64,000 nt of DNA from an uncultured Ruficoccus sp. (GCA_965140785.1 OZ223519.1:96001-160000); one strand, 5' to 3'; shown: positions 9,329 through 19,693, numbered from the stretch's first letter. Numbers and translations are program-made. The notes: generated from the letters alone by a model not told the origin.

Positions 9329-10390
9329 ATGGATAAATCACCGACAGCAACACCATCCTGGCGTGTCACGATCGCAGATCTGGCCGAGGCTTTGGGCCTT
9401 AGCCGGGCCTCGGTTGCGGCGGCTCTTTCCAATAGCAGTGGGAATACCCGGGTCAGTGATGAAACCCGCAAGCGCGTCAGCGAAATGGCTGAGCGGATGA
9501 ACTACCGGGTCAACACCAGCGCCCGCGCGTTGAATCAGCGTGTGTTTAAAAATATCGGATTCTTTGCGGTAAAGAAGAATTCGGACGACTATACCTTTGC
9601 TGAGATGATTCTGGATGGCATCGCAGCGGCGGCGTCACGCCACGGGCAGAATGTCGTGCTGGTACGCATTCCGGAATACGTCATGGGCTCGGACAATATC
9701 CCGAGCGCGTTGCGGGAGGCGTGCCTTGATGCGCTTATCGTCGAGAATGTCGCCAACATGGGAAAGACATTCCGGGATGCGGTAGAGGCCAGTTCGATCC
9801 CGGTTGTTTATCTCAATGACAAGCGCCCGCAAAACTCTGTTTACGTGCAGGATGATAAGGCCGGGGCCATGATGACGGGCCATCTGATCAAACAGGGATT
9901 TAGTAAGATCGCGATACTGGCCCCGAATCTGAACAACAACCACTACAGCTTCATGGATCGCATCTGCGGGTATAAATCCACGATGCGTAAGGCCGGACTG
10001 GAACCGGTTGTCTGGGATTTTCCGAGCGAGAACTGGAAAGAGGCGACGGCCCGGATGCTGAATCTCAAAGATCGCCCGGACGCGATTTTCTGCGCGGACG
10101 ATCAGATTGCCCTTTGTCTTCAACAGATACTCTACAGGCTGAACATTCGGTTCCCGGAACAGTTGGCCATCGCCGGATGTAACGGCGAAGCGTTTTCCGC
10201 GCATTCGATGGTCCCTCTGACGACGTTGAAAATCCCGTTTCGGGAGATGAGCGAGGCGGCGGTGGATATGGCCATGAGCCTTGTGCGCGACAGGGCTCGC
10301 GGCTCGCTTCCCTCACTGAAGTTTGTTCCCGAACTGATTGTCGAAGAATCCACCCGTTTCTTTTCTCCCATAGACTCATTAACCCAATAA
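9329..10390 (+). CDS. LacI-family transcriptional regulator
   Basis: VTIADLAEALGLSRASVAAAL...VSDETRKRV HTH and C-terminal PDAIFCADD...PLTTL; start uncertain. Confidence 0.9.
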   Translation: MDKSPTATPSWRVTIADLAEALGLSRASVAAALSNSSGNTRVSDETRKRVSEMAERMNYRVNTSARALNQRVFKNIGFFAVKKNSDDYTFAEMILDGIAAAASRHGQNVVLVRIPEYVMGSDNIPSALREACLDALIVENVANMGKTFRDAVEASSIPVVYLNDKRPQNSVYVQDDKAGAMMTGHLIKQGFSKIAILAPNLNNNHYSFMDRICGYKSTMRKAGLEPVVWDFPSENWKEATARMLNLKDRPDAIFCADDQIALCLQQILYRLNIRFPEQLAIAGCNGEAFSAHSMVPLTTLKIPFREMSEAAVDMAMSLVRDRARGSLPSLKFVPELIVEESTRFFSPIDSLTQ

Positions 10391-10405
10391 CTAAAATCTC
10401 TTATC

Positions 10406-11149
10406 ATGCATCCGTACACCCCAAATCATAAGCGTGCACCACTGGCATATCCGATTTCCGCAGTCGCTGTGGCGCTGCTCGGTCTGACATGCGCTCCGCT
10501 TGCCTCCGCCCAGTACACGATCACCACTAGTGTTAGCGACTTGGCCCCGACAGAAAATATCGCACTGAGCAATACCGCGACTCCCGGGGGAGTTGATCAA
10601 GACGCCACCTATGCATGGAAAGGCAAATCACCGACTGACTATCGCGACGTGACCCAGACATTTACGGTCGGGGCGGACGGTTTCTACCTCGATGCCTTTG
10701 CGATCAAGATTGGTAATGTCTATAGCTCCAGTGACGCGGGCTTTACCATGACGCTGAGTTCCTATGACAGCGCGACTGAGGAGCCGCTAGGCGAAGTTGT
10801 TTGGACTAACAGCGGTGTGCTTCCGACCGCAATGGCCACGGATCAGTACCTGACCTTTGACCTCGATGAAACATTTCTGGATGCGAATACCACCTACGGC
10901 ATAGCGATTTCGTATTCCGACTATACTCCATATCGGCAAGTCGGCTTCTACATCACCTATGGGAGCTCTCTGGATGGCGGGGCGTTATGGGGCTCCGACA
11001 ACAGCCATGACAACTGGGCCATTACGAATAACGATCTGACGCAGTTTTATCTGCTGGCAGCCGTTCCCGAGCCGTCCACCTGGGCGCTGATCTTTGCCTC
11101 CGGCGCGTTTGCTGTTGCACTGGGCGTGCGCCGCTTCCGCCGCAACTAA
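10406..11149 (+). CDS. PEP-CTERM sorting domain protein
   Basis: Signal peptide; C-terminal AVPEPSTWAL, TM helix and RRFRRN. Confidence 0.9.
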   Translation: MHPYTPNHKRAPLAYPISAVAVALLGLTCAPLASAQYTITTSVSDLAPTENIALSNTATPGGVDQDATYAWKGKSPTDYRDVTQTFTVGADGFYLDAFAIKIGNVYSSSDAGFTMTLSSYDSATEEPLGEVVWTNSGVLPTAMATDQYLTFDLDETFLDANTTYGIAISYSDYTPYRQVGFYITYGSSLDGGALWGSDNSHDNWAITNNDLTQFYLLAAVPEPSTWALIFASGAFAVALGVRRFRRN

Positions 11150-11168
11150 CCGCCTTACCTCATCAGTC

Positions 11169-12191
11169 ATGAAGACATTTACCTGCCTCGTTATGATGGC
11201 GGCAGCGACAGCTGTCGCTGCAAATCCCCTGCTGCGCAACGCGGATTTCTCTGCGGGTAAGGACGGATGGTCGCTGGAATTGCATAATTCCGCCAAGGCG
11301 ACATGGGATGTCGCCGGGAATCGCGGCTCCGCCCCATCATCTGTGCCCGCGGACGGGAATGCGCTCTGTGTATCCATGAGTACCGTCGAGGCCAAACCGT
11401 GGGATTATCAACTGATCCAGAGCGGGATCGCGCTCAAGCCGGACACTAGCTACGTGCTTTCGTTCTGGGCGAACTCGACGAAGGGGCAGGACATCGGCCT
11501 TTCAATCGGAGAAGGACAGGCTCCCTGGAATACGGCTGGCCTCAAGCAGTCTGCCGGGTTGGCTCCGGGGTGGAACTATTACAGTTATACCTTCAAAACC
11601 AATGCTCTGGCCGCGAATAACCCCCGCCTGGTTGTCAATCTAGGCTATGACGTGGGCAAACTGTGGATCACTGATTTTAAGCTCAGCCCCGAATCGGAAC
11701 CGGGCGTCAATCTGCTCAGGGACGGCAAGTTCGTCCGTGAGCAGGAGGAGTGGTCGACGCGGGGAACGCATCATCCCGGTTTTTCTGTCTCCTATCAAAG
11801 CGTGAAGTCGTTGTTGTCGGGCAGTTCCACTCCCGCGGTGACGGCAGACCAGCCTATTGCGGCCATACGCATCACCACGCCGGGCAAGAGTACGCTGGAT
11901 GTGAGCCTGAAGCAGAAGGCTATCGCCCTGAAGCCCGGTAAGCGCTATCGGCTGACCTTTCGCGCCTGCTCTTCCCAGCCGCGTGAGTTGCGTGTGCTGG
12001 CCCAGCAGGATCACAGTCCCTGGTCTTGGGCCGGACTGCGTGGAAGCGCCGAGCTGGGCGAGTCCTGGGAGACCTATCGCTACGAGTTTGTCGCGACCGA
12101 GGCGGCAAATGAGCCGTTGCAATTAAAGCTGGCGATGGGCGTGCCGAACGGAAATATCTGGATATCGGACCTGTCGCTTGAGCAGATCTAA
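11169..12191 (+). CDS. Secreted protein with two CBM4/9-like carbohydrate-binding domains
   Basis: Signal peptide; two repeats beginning LLRNADF / NLLRDGKF with YxLxFxA and WIxDxxL. Confidence 0.75.
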   Translation: MKTFTCLVMMAAATAVAANPLLRNADFSAGKDGWSLELHNSAKATWDVAGNRGSAPSSVPADGNALCVSMSTVEAKPWDYQLIQSGIALKPDTSYVLSFWANSTKGQDIGLSIGEGQAPWNTAGLKQSAGLAPGWNYYSYTFKTNALAANNPRLVVNLGYDVGKLWITDFKLSPESEPGVNLLRDGKFVREQEEWSTRGTHHPGFSVSYQSVKSLLSGSSTPAVTADQPIAAIRITTPGKSTLDVSLKQKAIALKPGKRYRLTFRACSSQPRELRVLAQQDHSPWSWAGLRGSAELGESWETYRYEFVATEAANEPLQLKLAMGVPNGNIWISDLSLEQI

Positions 12192-12203
12192 ACATAAACG
12201 GCT

Positions 12204-12839
12204 ATGATACCATGTCGATCAAGAGGGTTTTCCTTGGTAGAGATTCTGGTCTCATTGGCTGTCGTGGGGATTCTGTGTCTGATTACGGTGCCGGTCGTAG
12301 GAAACATGCGCCAACGCGCCCGGGAAGTGGAGTGCGCCTCCAACCTGCGTCAACTGCATGTGTATTTGAACATATTCATGCAGGATGAAAACGGTAAAAT
12401 CCCCGTTGCCTGGGACGGTTCGTCCGCATGGCTTGACGCCTATGCGTGGTACTTGCGCTACGCCCCGGAGAATGGGCCGGATGGTAATCTCGATATCCTG
12501 TGTTGCCCCGAGCAGGCCATGGAAGCTCCGACTGCCAGCCGTACCTACTCGATGAATTCACGGATCACCAACAGCTATTGGAATGCTTCCCCGGTCACGC
12601 TCTTCACTCTCGTGTATCCGGAGCGCACGCTTTTCTTGTCCGACGGGGTGAGCTCCGGTTCGGGTTTCGGAGGGGCGATCAGCGATAGCTCGCTGTCACG
12701 TCTGGAGCCGCCTCACAACGGGCGGGCCAATGTCCTCTTCTTCGACGGTCACGTCGAGAGCCTGAGCAAGGACGGCTACCCGACGGAGAATATCAACGAG
12801 CTCGGCAGCGCCGCTTCGATATTCTGGAACGGCCGATAG
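12204..12839 (+). CDS. Prepilin-type N-terminal cleavage/methylation protein with H-X9-DG motif
   Basis: GFSLVEILV, CASNLRQL and HNGRANVLFFDGHV. Confidence 0.9.
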   Translation: MIPCRSRGFSLVEILVSLAVVGILCLITVPVVGNMRQRAREVECASNLRQLHVYLNIFMQDENGKIPVAWDGSSAWLDAYAWYLRYAPENGPDGNLDILCCPEQAMEAPTASRTYSMNSRITNSYWNASPVTLFTLVYPERTLFLSDGVSSGSGFGGAISDSSLSRLEPPHNGRANVLFFDGHVESLSKDGYPTENINELGSAASIFWNGR

Positions 12840-12857
12840 CTCTTAATATTCAGATTA

Positions 12858-14657
12858 ATGCTCAAAAGTATTTTTATTTTATCTGCGACGGTACTCCTGT
12901 CCCCACTCGGTATGCACGCCTCGGAAGTCCCTCGCGGAACAGATATCTTTCCGCATGCGATCGAGAAGCTGGAGGTTAACTCTGCGTCTCCGCAAGAAGA
13001 TTATCTGGAAGTCCAAATGGTTGCGGTCGAAGGGCAGCCGTTCAATCAGGCGATCGAAGCCAAAACGCTGCAACAGACCGACTGGCCTTGGCACACACAG
13101 TTTCAGGCTGATGTACCGACCGCAGTCGATCACGGGGATGTCGTTTTGCTGGAGTTCTGGATGAGGACCCCCACGACTCAGGCTGAGAGCGGCGAAGGCA
13201 AAACACAGTTTACCTTCGAGCAAAAGGGTGGGGAGTTCGTCAAGTCCGTCGCGTATGATGCCAGTGCGGGTTCGAAATGGATGCACTTTCAAGTGCCCTT
13301 CCGGGTGCGCGGCGTAAAGGGCAAGGGCTTCGCGCCGGGAGAGGCGCAAATCTGCTTCCGCCTGGGGTATCGCCCGCAGACAATTCAACTGGCGGACATC
13401 CGGCTGACCAATTATGGTTCGGAGACGGAAGTGGAAAGCCTCCCCCGAACCAGCCGCAGCTATGCCGGACGCGAGGCCGATGTGCTCTGGCGTGCCCAAG
13501 CCCAGTCCCGCATTGAGGAGCTGCGTATGGCACCTCTGGTCATTCGTGTCGTGGACGCGGAGGGCAACCCGGTCAAAGGTGCGAGCGTCGATGTGCAAAT
13601 GACGCGGCATGCGTTTTTCTTCGGCAGCGCGATCAACCTTCAGTACTTCATGCGCCAGACCGTCAACGGCGAGCGTTACCGTGAGTTTGTACTCAAGCAC
13701 TACAATCAGGTTGCTCCTGAAAACGACCTGAAGTGGAACCGCTGGGAACGCGATGCGGGGGTCCGCCAAAACGTCATTGATGCGCTTTACATCCTGCGTG
13801 AACACGATATTCATGTGCGCGGTCACTGTCTGATCTGGCCGGGCTTCCGCGTGATGCCGCCTGACATCCGGAATATCATCGCGAATCGCGTGGCTTTGGA
13901 TGAACGTATCGAGCATCACTTTGAAGAGATTCTCGACCTTACGGATGGATTGGTTGACGAGTGGGACGTGGTGAACGAGCCGTATGCGGAACGTGCGATT
14001 CTGGATCGTTACGGCGACGCGTTAATCGGCGACTGGTTTCGGATGGCGCACGACATCTCACCTGAGCCGACGCTCTATCTCAACGACTATGCGGGGTTCA
14101 TCAACGGGGGCGATAACACCGCGCATAAAGACTATCTGGAGCAGTTGATCGCGGACTTGCTGGCGCAGGGCGTGCCCGTGCAGGGCTTGGGGATTCAGGG
14201 GCATTTTGGCAGCTTCGTCTGTCCGCCAGAGGCGATCCTGAAGGAGCTGGACCGGTTTGGGAAATTCGGGCTTCCCATCCAGATTACCGAGTTCGACATC
14301 GACTCAATGGACGAGAAACTGAAGGCCGATTACACCCGTGATTTTCTGACGGCCTGTTTCAGCCACCCCGGTGTCGTCGGTGTCAACACCTGGGGCTTTT
14401 GGGAGGGCGATCACTGGAAGCCGTCTGCGGCTCTGGTACGCAAGGACTGGACGCTCACTCCCTGGGGAGCCGTCTGGTTTGATTTGATTGAACGCGAGTG
14501 GTGGACGCATGAAACCGGAACGACGGACCGGGACGGACGCTTCAGCTTATCCGGCTTCTTAGGTGACTATGAGATCACGGTCGAGGGGGCAGGCAAGAAG
14601 GTATCTATTCCGGATTCGCTGGCCAAGGACCAGCCTGAACTTGTCATCGAGCTATAG
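12858..14657 (+). CDS. GH10 endo-beta-1,4-xylanase-like hydrolase
   Basis: PENDLKW, RGHCLIW, WDVVNEP, GIQGHF and ITEFD; signal peptide. Confidence 0.88.
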   Translation: MLKSIFILSATVLLSPLGMHASEVPRGTDIFPHAIEKLEVNSASPQEDYLEVQMVAVEGQPFNQAIEAKTLQQTDWPWHTQFQADVPTAVDHGDVVLLEFWMRTPTTQAESGEGKTQFTFEQKGGEFVKSVAYDASAGSKWMHFQVPFRVRGVKGKGFAPGEAQICFRLGYRPQTIQLADIRLTNYGSETEVESLPRTSRSYAGREADVLWRAQAQSRIEELRMAPLVIRVVDAEGNPVKGASVDVQMTRHAFFFGSAINLQYFMRQTVNGERYREFVLKHYNQVAPENDLKWNRWERDAGVRQNVIDALYILREHDIHVRGHCLIWPGFRVMPPDIRNIIANRVALDERIEHHFEEILDLTDGLVDEWDVVNEPYAERAILDRYGDALIGDWFRMAHDISPEPTLYLNDYAGFINGGDNTAHKDYLEQLIADLLAQGVPVQGLGIQGHFGSFVCPPEAILKELDRFGKFGLPIQITEFDIDSMDEKLKADYTRDFLTACFSHPGVVGVNTWGFWEGDHWKPSAALVRKDWTLTPWGAVWFDLIEREWWTHETGTTDRDGRFSLSGFLGDYEITVEGAGKKVSIPDSLAKDQPELVIEL

Positions 14658-14813
14658 ATAGGGGGTTGAATCCTCTCTCCTTGAATGTGATGATTTAAGT
14701 TTTATTATTAATAGTAATGTTCTTATGATTTCGTCGAAATTTGCTTTGAGGCCGCCAGCTTTCCTTTTGTTGGGCATGTTGGCGGGGTGGGGGAAGCTGC
14801 GAAGCGCTGACCT

Positions 14814-15060
14814 ATGAACCGTCAGCAGCAAGTCATCGAGTATTTGGTTGAGGAGAACCGTACTCTCCGTGAGCAACTGAATATCCACGCCAAGGGCAAA
14901 CGCATTCGCTTCAACGCGAACCAGCGCAGGCGTTTGGCCGGGAAAGACCGTTGCCTGGGACGCAAGATGCTGATGAAGATCGCGACGCTGGTGACACCGG
15001 AGACGATCTACCGCTGGCATCGTCAACTCGTCGCTATGGCCTATACTCCGAAAGGTCGGG
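14814..15060 (+). pseudogene. Transposase/integrase N-terminal remnant
   Basis: QVIEYLVEENRTLREQL...QRRRLA...VTPETIYRWHRQL; no catalytic domain follows. Confidence 0.6.
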
Positions 15061-15231
15061 ATTATTCTGCTGCCCATGCGAGGCGGTCCGCATTCCTTCA
15101 ACCTGACGCCCGCCGGCCAGGATCTGCGGCCAGCGCTGCTGGATTTCCTGAAGGAGAACCTTGGCGAGCCACATCAAAAATCCTAGTCAAAAAAACGCTC
15201 ATTCTCGTATCAATCCCTATACTGACGCCCC

Positions 15232-16179
15232 ATGAAAAGCCGATTCCTGCCTCCCTGTTTTATCGCTATCATTAGCTTGTCGTTTTGTTCTGTCTTTGCC
15301 ACCCCTGGATGGGCGCAGGACATTTCAACGGGCTTTGAAGACGGCAGCCTGTCTCCGTTCGGACTGGAGAGCCTTCCGGGAAACGTTTCCGAAGTTGTCA
15401 CGCCGACGGGTTTCTCCGCGCGCGCCGGTAATAAGGTCAACCGCATCGTCTGGTACGCGGACAATTACGAGGGCGCACGCACGGGGCGGAGCGTCGAGGG
15501 CCAATCCTACAAACTCGACCGCATCACGAGCGAAGGTTGGTACGGCTTCAGCTTTTACGCCCCAGAATCCTTTCCCGTTCCGGACAAACGGATGGTGCTG
15601 GCGCAGATTATTGCCTGGGATCCCAGCTTACCCAATACGAACATTACCATCACGGTCGGCGTGAATGCGCTCGGTGCCCTCATCCTTGAAGGGGCGTATG
15701 GCGTGGGCGACGGTGCCAAAGATGTCAGCGTGTACACCCCGATTGCGCCCGTGTTGACCAAAAACACTTGGCACGACGTGATCCTGTACTGCAACTTTTC
15801 GCGTGACAACACCGGTATCCTGCAAGCCTGGTATGACGGCGCTCCCGAGTCGTCCCCGACCATTTCGGCCACGGGTATCAACCTTGGCAATGGCGCGTGG
15901 ACGGACGACAACACACTGACGACCGGGGGCTACATCAAATGGGGCCCCTACTGCTATGACAGTGCCAACTATGTGCCGGGCGAAAGCCGCGAGATTTACT
16001 ACGATGAAATTTCGTACCTCGTGGGTAATCCCGAAGGGGCGTTCGACCTGGTCAAGGCAGAGGGCTACGGCACGATCCCGGAGGGAAGCTCGACGCCTTT
16101 GATTCTTGCGCTCGCGGCTTTGTTGGTGGCTGTTTTGCCTCGGAGGGGTAAAATAGCTCTGCGAGCGATTGTTGAATGA
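15232..16179 (+). CDS. Polysaccharide lyase-like (jelly-roll) protein with degenerate PEP-CTERM tail
   Basis: Signal peptide; WYGFSFY, LAQI, YIKWGPY and IYYDEI; tail IPEGSS, TM helix and RRGK. Confidence 0.65.
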   Translation: MKSRFLPPCFIAIISLSFCSVFATPGWAQDISTGFEDGSLSPFGLESLPGNVSEVVTPTGFSARAGNKVNRIVWYADNYEGARTGRSVEGQSYKLDRITSEGWYGFSFYAPESFPVPDKRMVLAQIIAWDPSLPNTNITITVGVNALGALILEGAYGVGDGAKDVSVYTPIAPVLTKNTWHDVILYCNFSRDNTGILQAWYDGAPESSPTISATGINLGNGAWTDDNTLTTGGYIKWGPYCYDSANYVPGESREIYYDEISYLVGNPEGAFDLVKAEGYGTIPEGSSTPLILALAALLVAVLPRRGKIALRAIVE

Positions 16180-16182
16180 TGC

Positions 16183-16260
16183 TGGGGTGGTAGACCGGAT
16201 TTGAACCGGCGACCCTCGGTACCACAAACCGATGCTCTAACCAACTGAGCTACTACCACC
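16183..16260 (-). tRNA. tRNA-His(GUG)
   Basis: G-1 GTGGTAG...CTACCAC C CCA acceptor; anticodon arm TCGGT-TTGTGGT-ACCGA; T-arm GGTTCAAATCC. Confidence 0.95.
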
Positions 16261-16449
16261 GTAACCAGAAGTCAGAAAGCAAATGAGTGAGCGTAGGCCT
16301 TGTCAATCCTTTCGAACGTTTAAATTATTTTTCTGCATTTGATGGGGTGGGGGCTGCTGCGGTCGGCTTGGAGCCCTCATCAGCCCTCCAGTTCATTCAT
16401 GCTGGGTGCTCTTGGCTACTCTGCTCCGTTGCGAAGTTTGCGTCCGGGC

Positions 16450-17133
16450 CTAGCGTATATAGGTTTCGATCCATTCGCCGGCGCGACTGCGGCAGGCCTG
16501 CATGAACTCGGGGCTGGGCGGAGCGGTTTCGCGCAGGGCGGGGGAGAGGGCGTTTTTCGGCTCGAAGCTTTGCAAGTAATAGACTTGGCCGCCGCTCAAC
16601 TCACGGGCGATTGAGACGATATCGTCCGCCGTGTGGATGGCAGGGACCACGGTGGTACGAAACTCGCAGGGCAGGCCACAGTGCTTGAGCAGGTCGATCG
16701 ACTCGCGCAGCAGGCGCATGGGGACGGGCTTGCCGGCGGCTTCGTCGTAGCGGTCGAGGGGCGACTTCACATCGAGGGCGATGTGGTCGATGAGGTTTTC
16801 GCGCAGGAGCTTGCGCAGGACGCCGGGGCGGGTGCCGTTGGTGTCGAGTTTGACGAGGAAGCCGAGCGACTTGATGGTGGCCAGGAACTCGGGCAAGTCG
16901 GTGTGCTGGGTCGGCTCGCCGCCGGTGACGGTGACCGCCGCGACTTTGCCCTTGCGGCGCAGCAGCAAGTCCCAGCACTCGGCCTCATCGACGGGGTTAC
17001 GGCAGTGGGAGCTGATCAGTTCGCCGTTGTGGCAGTAGGGGCAGCACAGGTTGCAGCCCTGGGTAAAGATGGTGCAGCAGGTTTGTCCCGGAAAATCTAC
17101 CAGGGAACAGCGCTGAAGGCCGGCGAGTAGCAT
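16450..17133 (-). CDS. nrdG: Anaerobic ribonucleotide reductase activating radical SAM protein
   Basis: CNLCCPYC, TGGEPT and KLDTNG; lies downstream of nrdD. Confidence 0.88.
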   Translation of the reverse strand: MLLAGLQRCSLVDFPGQTCCTIFTQGCNLCCPYCHNGELISSHCRNPVDEAECWDLLLRRKGKVAAVTVTGGEPTQHTDLPEFLATIKSLGFLVKLDTNGTRPGVLRKLLRENLIDHIALDVKSPLDRYDEAAGKPVPMRLLRESIDLLKHCGLPCEFRTTVVPAIHTADDIVSIARELSGGQVYYLQSFEPKNALSPALRETAPPSPEFMQACRSRAGEWIETYIR

Positions 17134-17383
17134 GGGGTGACCTTTCTCAATGGGGGAATTGGTGCGAATGGAAAAAGCAGTTGGCGATGGCTTTGCTTTT
17201 TGTGGATTATCACTTTGTGTTATGCTGTTGTCCATCCCAAAGGAGACGAGGCCGGACGATGACGATAGCCAGCTCGGCCCCACCGCCCGGAAAAATCCGA
17301 CGCGGGGTACACAATTTCCTTTGTTCCGTTCGGGCTGGATTTGCGCAAGCCCTTTTTTGGGAGAGCGGACGCACGCGTATAAC

Positions 17384-19624
17384 CTAGTCGCTCACGGGCA
17401 GGACGCATTGCTCGCTTCTTTGCGGTCGGGGGCGTTTTTTGCCGTTGGCATTGAGGCGTAGGTTCTTGCGCTTGGTGAACTCGGACTGCTTACCGTCGTT
17501 CCACTGGGAGACGGGGCGCAGGTAGCCGACGATGCGCGAGTAGATCTCGGTCTCCTCGCCGCAGTCGGGACAGTGGTGGTGCTCGCCGGAGAGGTAGCCG
17601 TGGACGGGGCAGACGGAAAAGGTCGGCGTGAGCGAGAAGTACGGGATGGTGTAGTTCTCCGCCACGCGGCGGACGAAGTCGCGCACGGTGCGGTGGTCGC
17701 TGACGCGCTCGCCTAGGAAGAGGTGGATGACGGTCCCGCCGGTGTACTTGGCCTGCGTTTCCTCTTGCAGATCGAGCACTTCGAAGGGGTCGTCGGTGTA
17801 GTTGACCGGGAGCTGGGTGCTGTTGGTGTAGTAGGGCTGGGCCCCGAGCTTGACCTCCTGCTGGTTGGCCACCACGCAGTTCGGGAACTGGGCGCGGTCC
17901 TTGAGGGCGAGGCGCATGGAGGTGCCCTCGGCGGGCGAGGCTTCGAGGTTGTAGTTGTTGCCGGTTTTTTTCTGGTACTGGACCAGGCGCTCGCGCATGA
18001 AGTCGAGCACCTCGGCGGCGAAGGCCCGCCCGTTGTCCGAGCCGACGTCTTTGCCGAAGAGGTTGATGCAGGCCTCGTTCATGCCGTTGAGCCCGATGGT
18101 GCTGAAGTGGTTTTTCCAGAAAACGCCGAAGCGTTCCTTCATGTCGCGCAGGTAGTGCTTGGTGTAGGGGTAGAGGCCGGCCGCGGTCAGCTCCTCCAGC
18201 AGCTTGCGCTTGGTCTCGAGGGAGTCGCGGGCCAGGTCCATGAGCTTGCCCAGGCGGCGCAGGAAGTCCTTCCGGGTCTTGGAAACGATGCCCAGGCGGG
18301 GCATGTTGATTGTGACCACGCCGACACTGCCGGTGAGCGGGTGCGCACCGAAGAGCCCGCCGCCGCGCTTCTCGAGCTGGGTGTTGTCGATGCGCAGGCG
18401 GCAGCACATCGAGCGGGCGTCGTCGGGGCTCATGTCCGAGTTGATGAAGTTGGAGAAGTAGGGGATGCCGTACTTGCCGGTCATTTCCCAGAGCCCGTCG
18501 AGGTTCGGGTTGGTCCAGTCGAAGTCGCGGGTCAGGTTGATGGTGGGGATGGGGAAGGTGAAGATGCGCCCGTTGGCGTCGCCGGCGCTCATGACGTCGA
18601 AGAAGGCGCGGTTGAACAGGTCCATCTCGGCCTGGAAATCGCCGTACTTCTCGTCCATGAACCCGCCGCCGCGCACGACCGGCTGGTCCCGGTAGTGAGT
18701 GGGGCAGTTGAGGTCCAGGGTGATGTTGGTAAAGGGCGACTGGAAGCCGACGCGGGTGGGGACGTTGACGTTGAAGACAAACTCCTGCACGATCTGGCGC
18801 ACCTCGGTATAGTTGAGCCCGTCGTAGCGGATGAAGGGGGCCAGCAGGGTATCGAAGTTACTGAAGGCCTGCGCCCCGGCGGCCTCGCCCTGGAGGGTGT
18901 AGAAAAAGTTGACCACCTGGCCGAGGGCGCTGCGCAGGTGCCGGGCGGGGGAGGACTCGACCTTGCCGGGGACGCCGCGGAAGCCCTCGCGCAGGAGTTG
19001 GTACAGGTCCCAGCCCACGCAATAGACGCTGATCAGGTTGGTGTCGTGGATGTGGAAGTCGCCCGTCTCGTGCGCCTGCTCGATCTGGGGCGTGTAGACC
19101 TCCTTCATCCAGAAGCTCTTGCTCACGCCGGAGGAGATGTAGTTGTTCAGTCCCTGGAGGGAGTAGGCCATGTTGCTGTTTTCGCGCACTTCCCAGTCGA
19201 GCTTGTTCAAGTACTGGCTGACGATCTCGGTGCGGGCCTTGTGCTGGATCTCGCGGCGTTTGGCCTGCTGGTCGCGGTAGATGATGAAGGCCTTGGCCGT
19301 CTGGCGGTAGGGAGAGCGCAGGAGCACGTCCTCGCACACGTCCTGAATGGCCTCGACCGAGGGGCAATCGCAGTCCACGGCCTCCTGGCACTGCTCGACG
19401 ACCTGGAGTGCGAGCTTGAGCGCCGCCTCTTCGTCGTATTCGCCGGTGGCCGTCCCGGCCTTGGTCAGAGCCGCGAGGATGCGGCCGGTGTGGAAGCCGA
19501 CCACGCGACCGTCGCGCTTGCGGACTTTCTTGATGACGGGGGTGTGCGCGCTTAGATACGCCCGGATGGAGCCGCGCTCATCCGCGTGTTCCAGGGGCAG
19601 TTCACCATTCAATGCCTTAACCAT
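17384..19624 (-). CDS. nrdD: Class III anaerobic ribonucleoside-triphosphate reductase with ATP cone
   Basis: VRKRDG ATP cone, SMCCRL, CPVH...CPDC and glycyl-radical YSRIVGYL. Confidence 0.93.
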   Translation of the reverse strand: MVKALNGELPLEHADERGSIRAYLSAHTPVIKKVRKRDGRVVGFHTGRILAALTKAGTATGEYDEEAALKLALQVVEQCQEAVDCDCPSVEAIQDVCEDVLLRSPYRQTAKAFIIYRDQQAKRREIQHKARTEIVSQYLNKLDWEVRENSNMAYSLQGLNNYISSGVSKSFWMKEVYTPQIEQAHETGDFHIHDTNLISVYCVGWDLYQLLREGFRGVPGKVESSPARHLRSALGQVVNFFYTLQGEAAGAQAFSNFDTLLAPFIRYDGLNYTEVRQIVQEFVFNVNVPTRVGFQSPFTNITLDLNCPTHYRDQPVVRGGGFMDEKYGDFQAEMDLFNRAFFDVMSAGDANGRIFTFPIPTINLTRDFDWTNPNLDGLWEMTGKYGIPYFSNFINSDMSPDDARSMCCRLRIDNTQLEKRGGGLFGAHPLTGSVGVVTINMPRLGIVSKTRKDFLRRLGKLMDLARDSLETKRKLLEELTAAGLYPYTKHYLRDMKERFGVFWKNHFSTIGLNGMNEACINLFGKDVGSDNGRAFAAEVLDFMRERLVQYQKKTGNNYNLEASPAEGTSMRLALKDRAQFPNCVVANQQEVKLGAQPYYTNSTQLPVNYTDDPFEVLDLQEETQAKYTGGTVIHLFLGERVSDHRTVRDFVRRVAENYTIPYFSLTPTFSVCPVHGYLSGEHHHCPDCGEETEIYSRIVGYLRPVSQWNDGKQSEFTKRKNLRLNANGKKRPRPQRSEQCVLPVSD

Positions 19625-19693
19625 AGGACTTCTAAAGAGTTGAGAGTTGACGGGGGGTGGGGAAGGGAAGATCGGAGCGATCTTGACTGTGTG

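Noticed and set aside
16341..16350. GATGGGGTGG resembling the tRNA-His 3' end
   Set aside because: Too short and on the wrong side of the tRNA; it also shows that the similar match at 6783 could be chance
17723..19555. Long antisense ORFs (also 33341-34675, 35230-36642, 37817-39367, 40187-41752, 43605-44978, 50139-51590 and 52733-54316)
   Set aside because: Shadows of high-GC codon bias opposite well-supported genes
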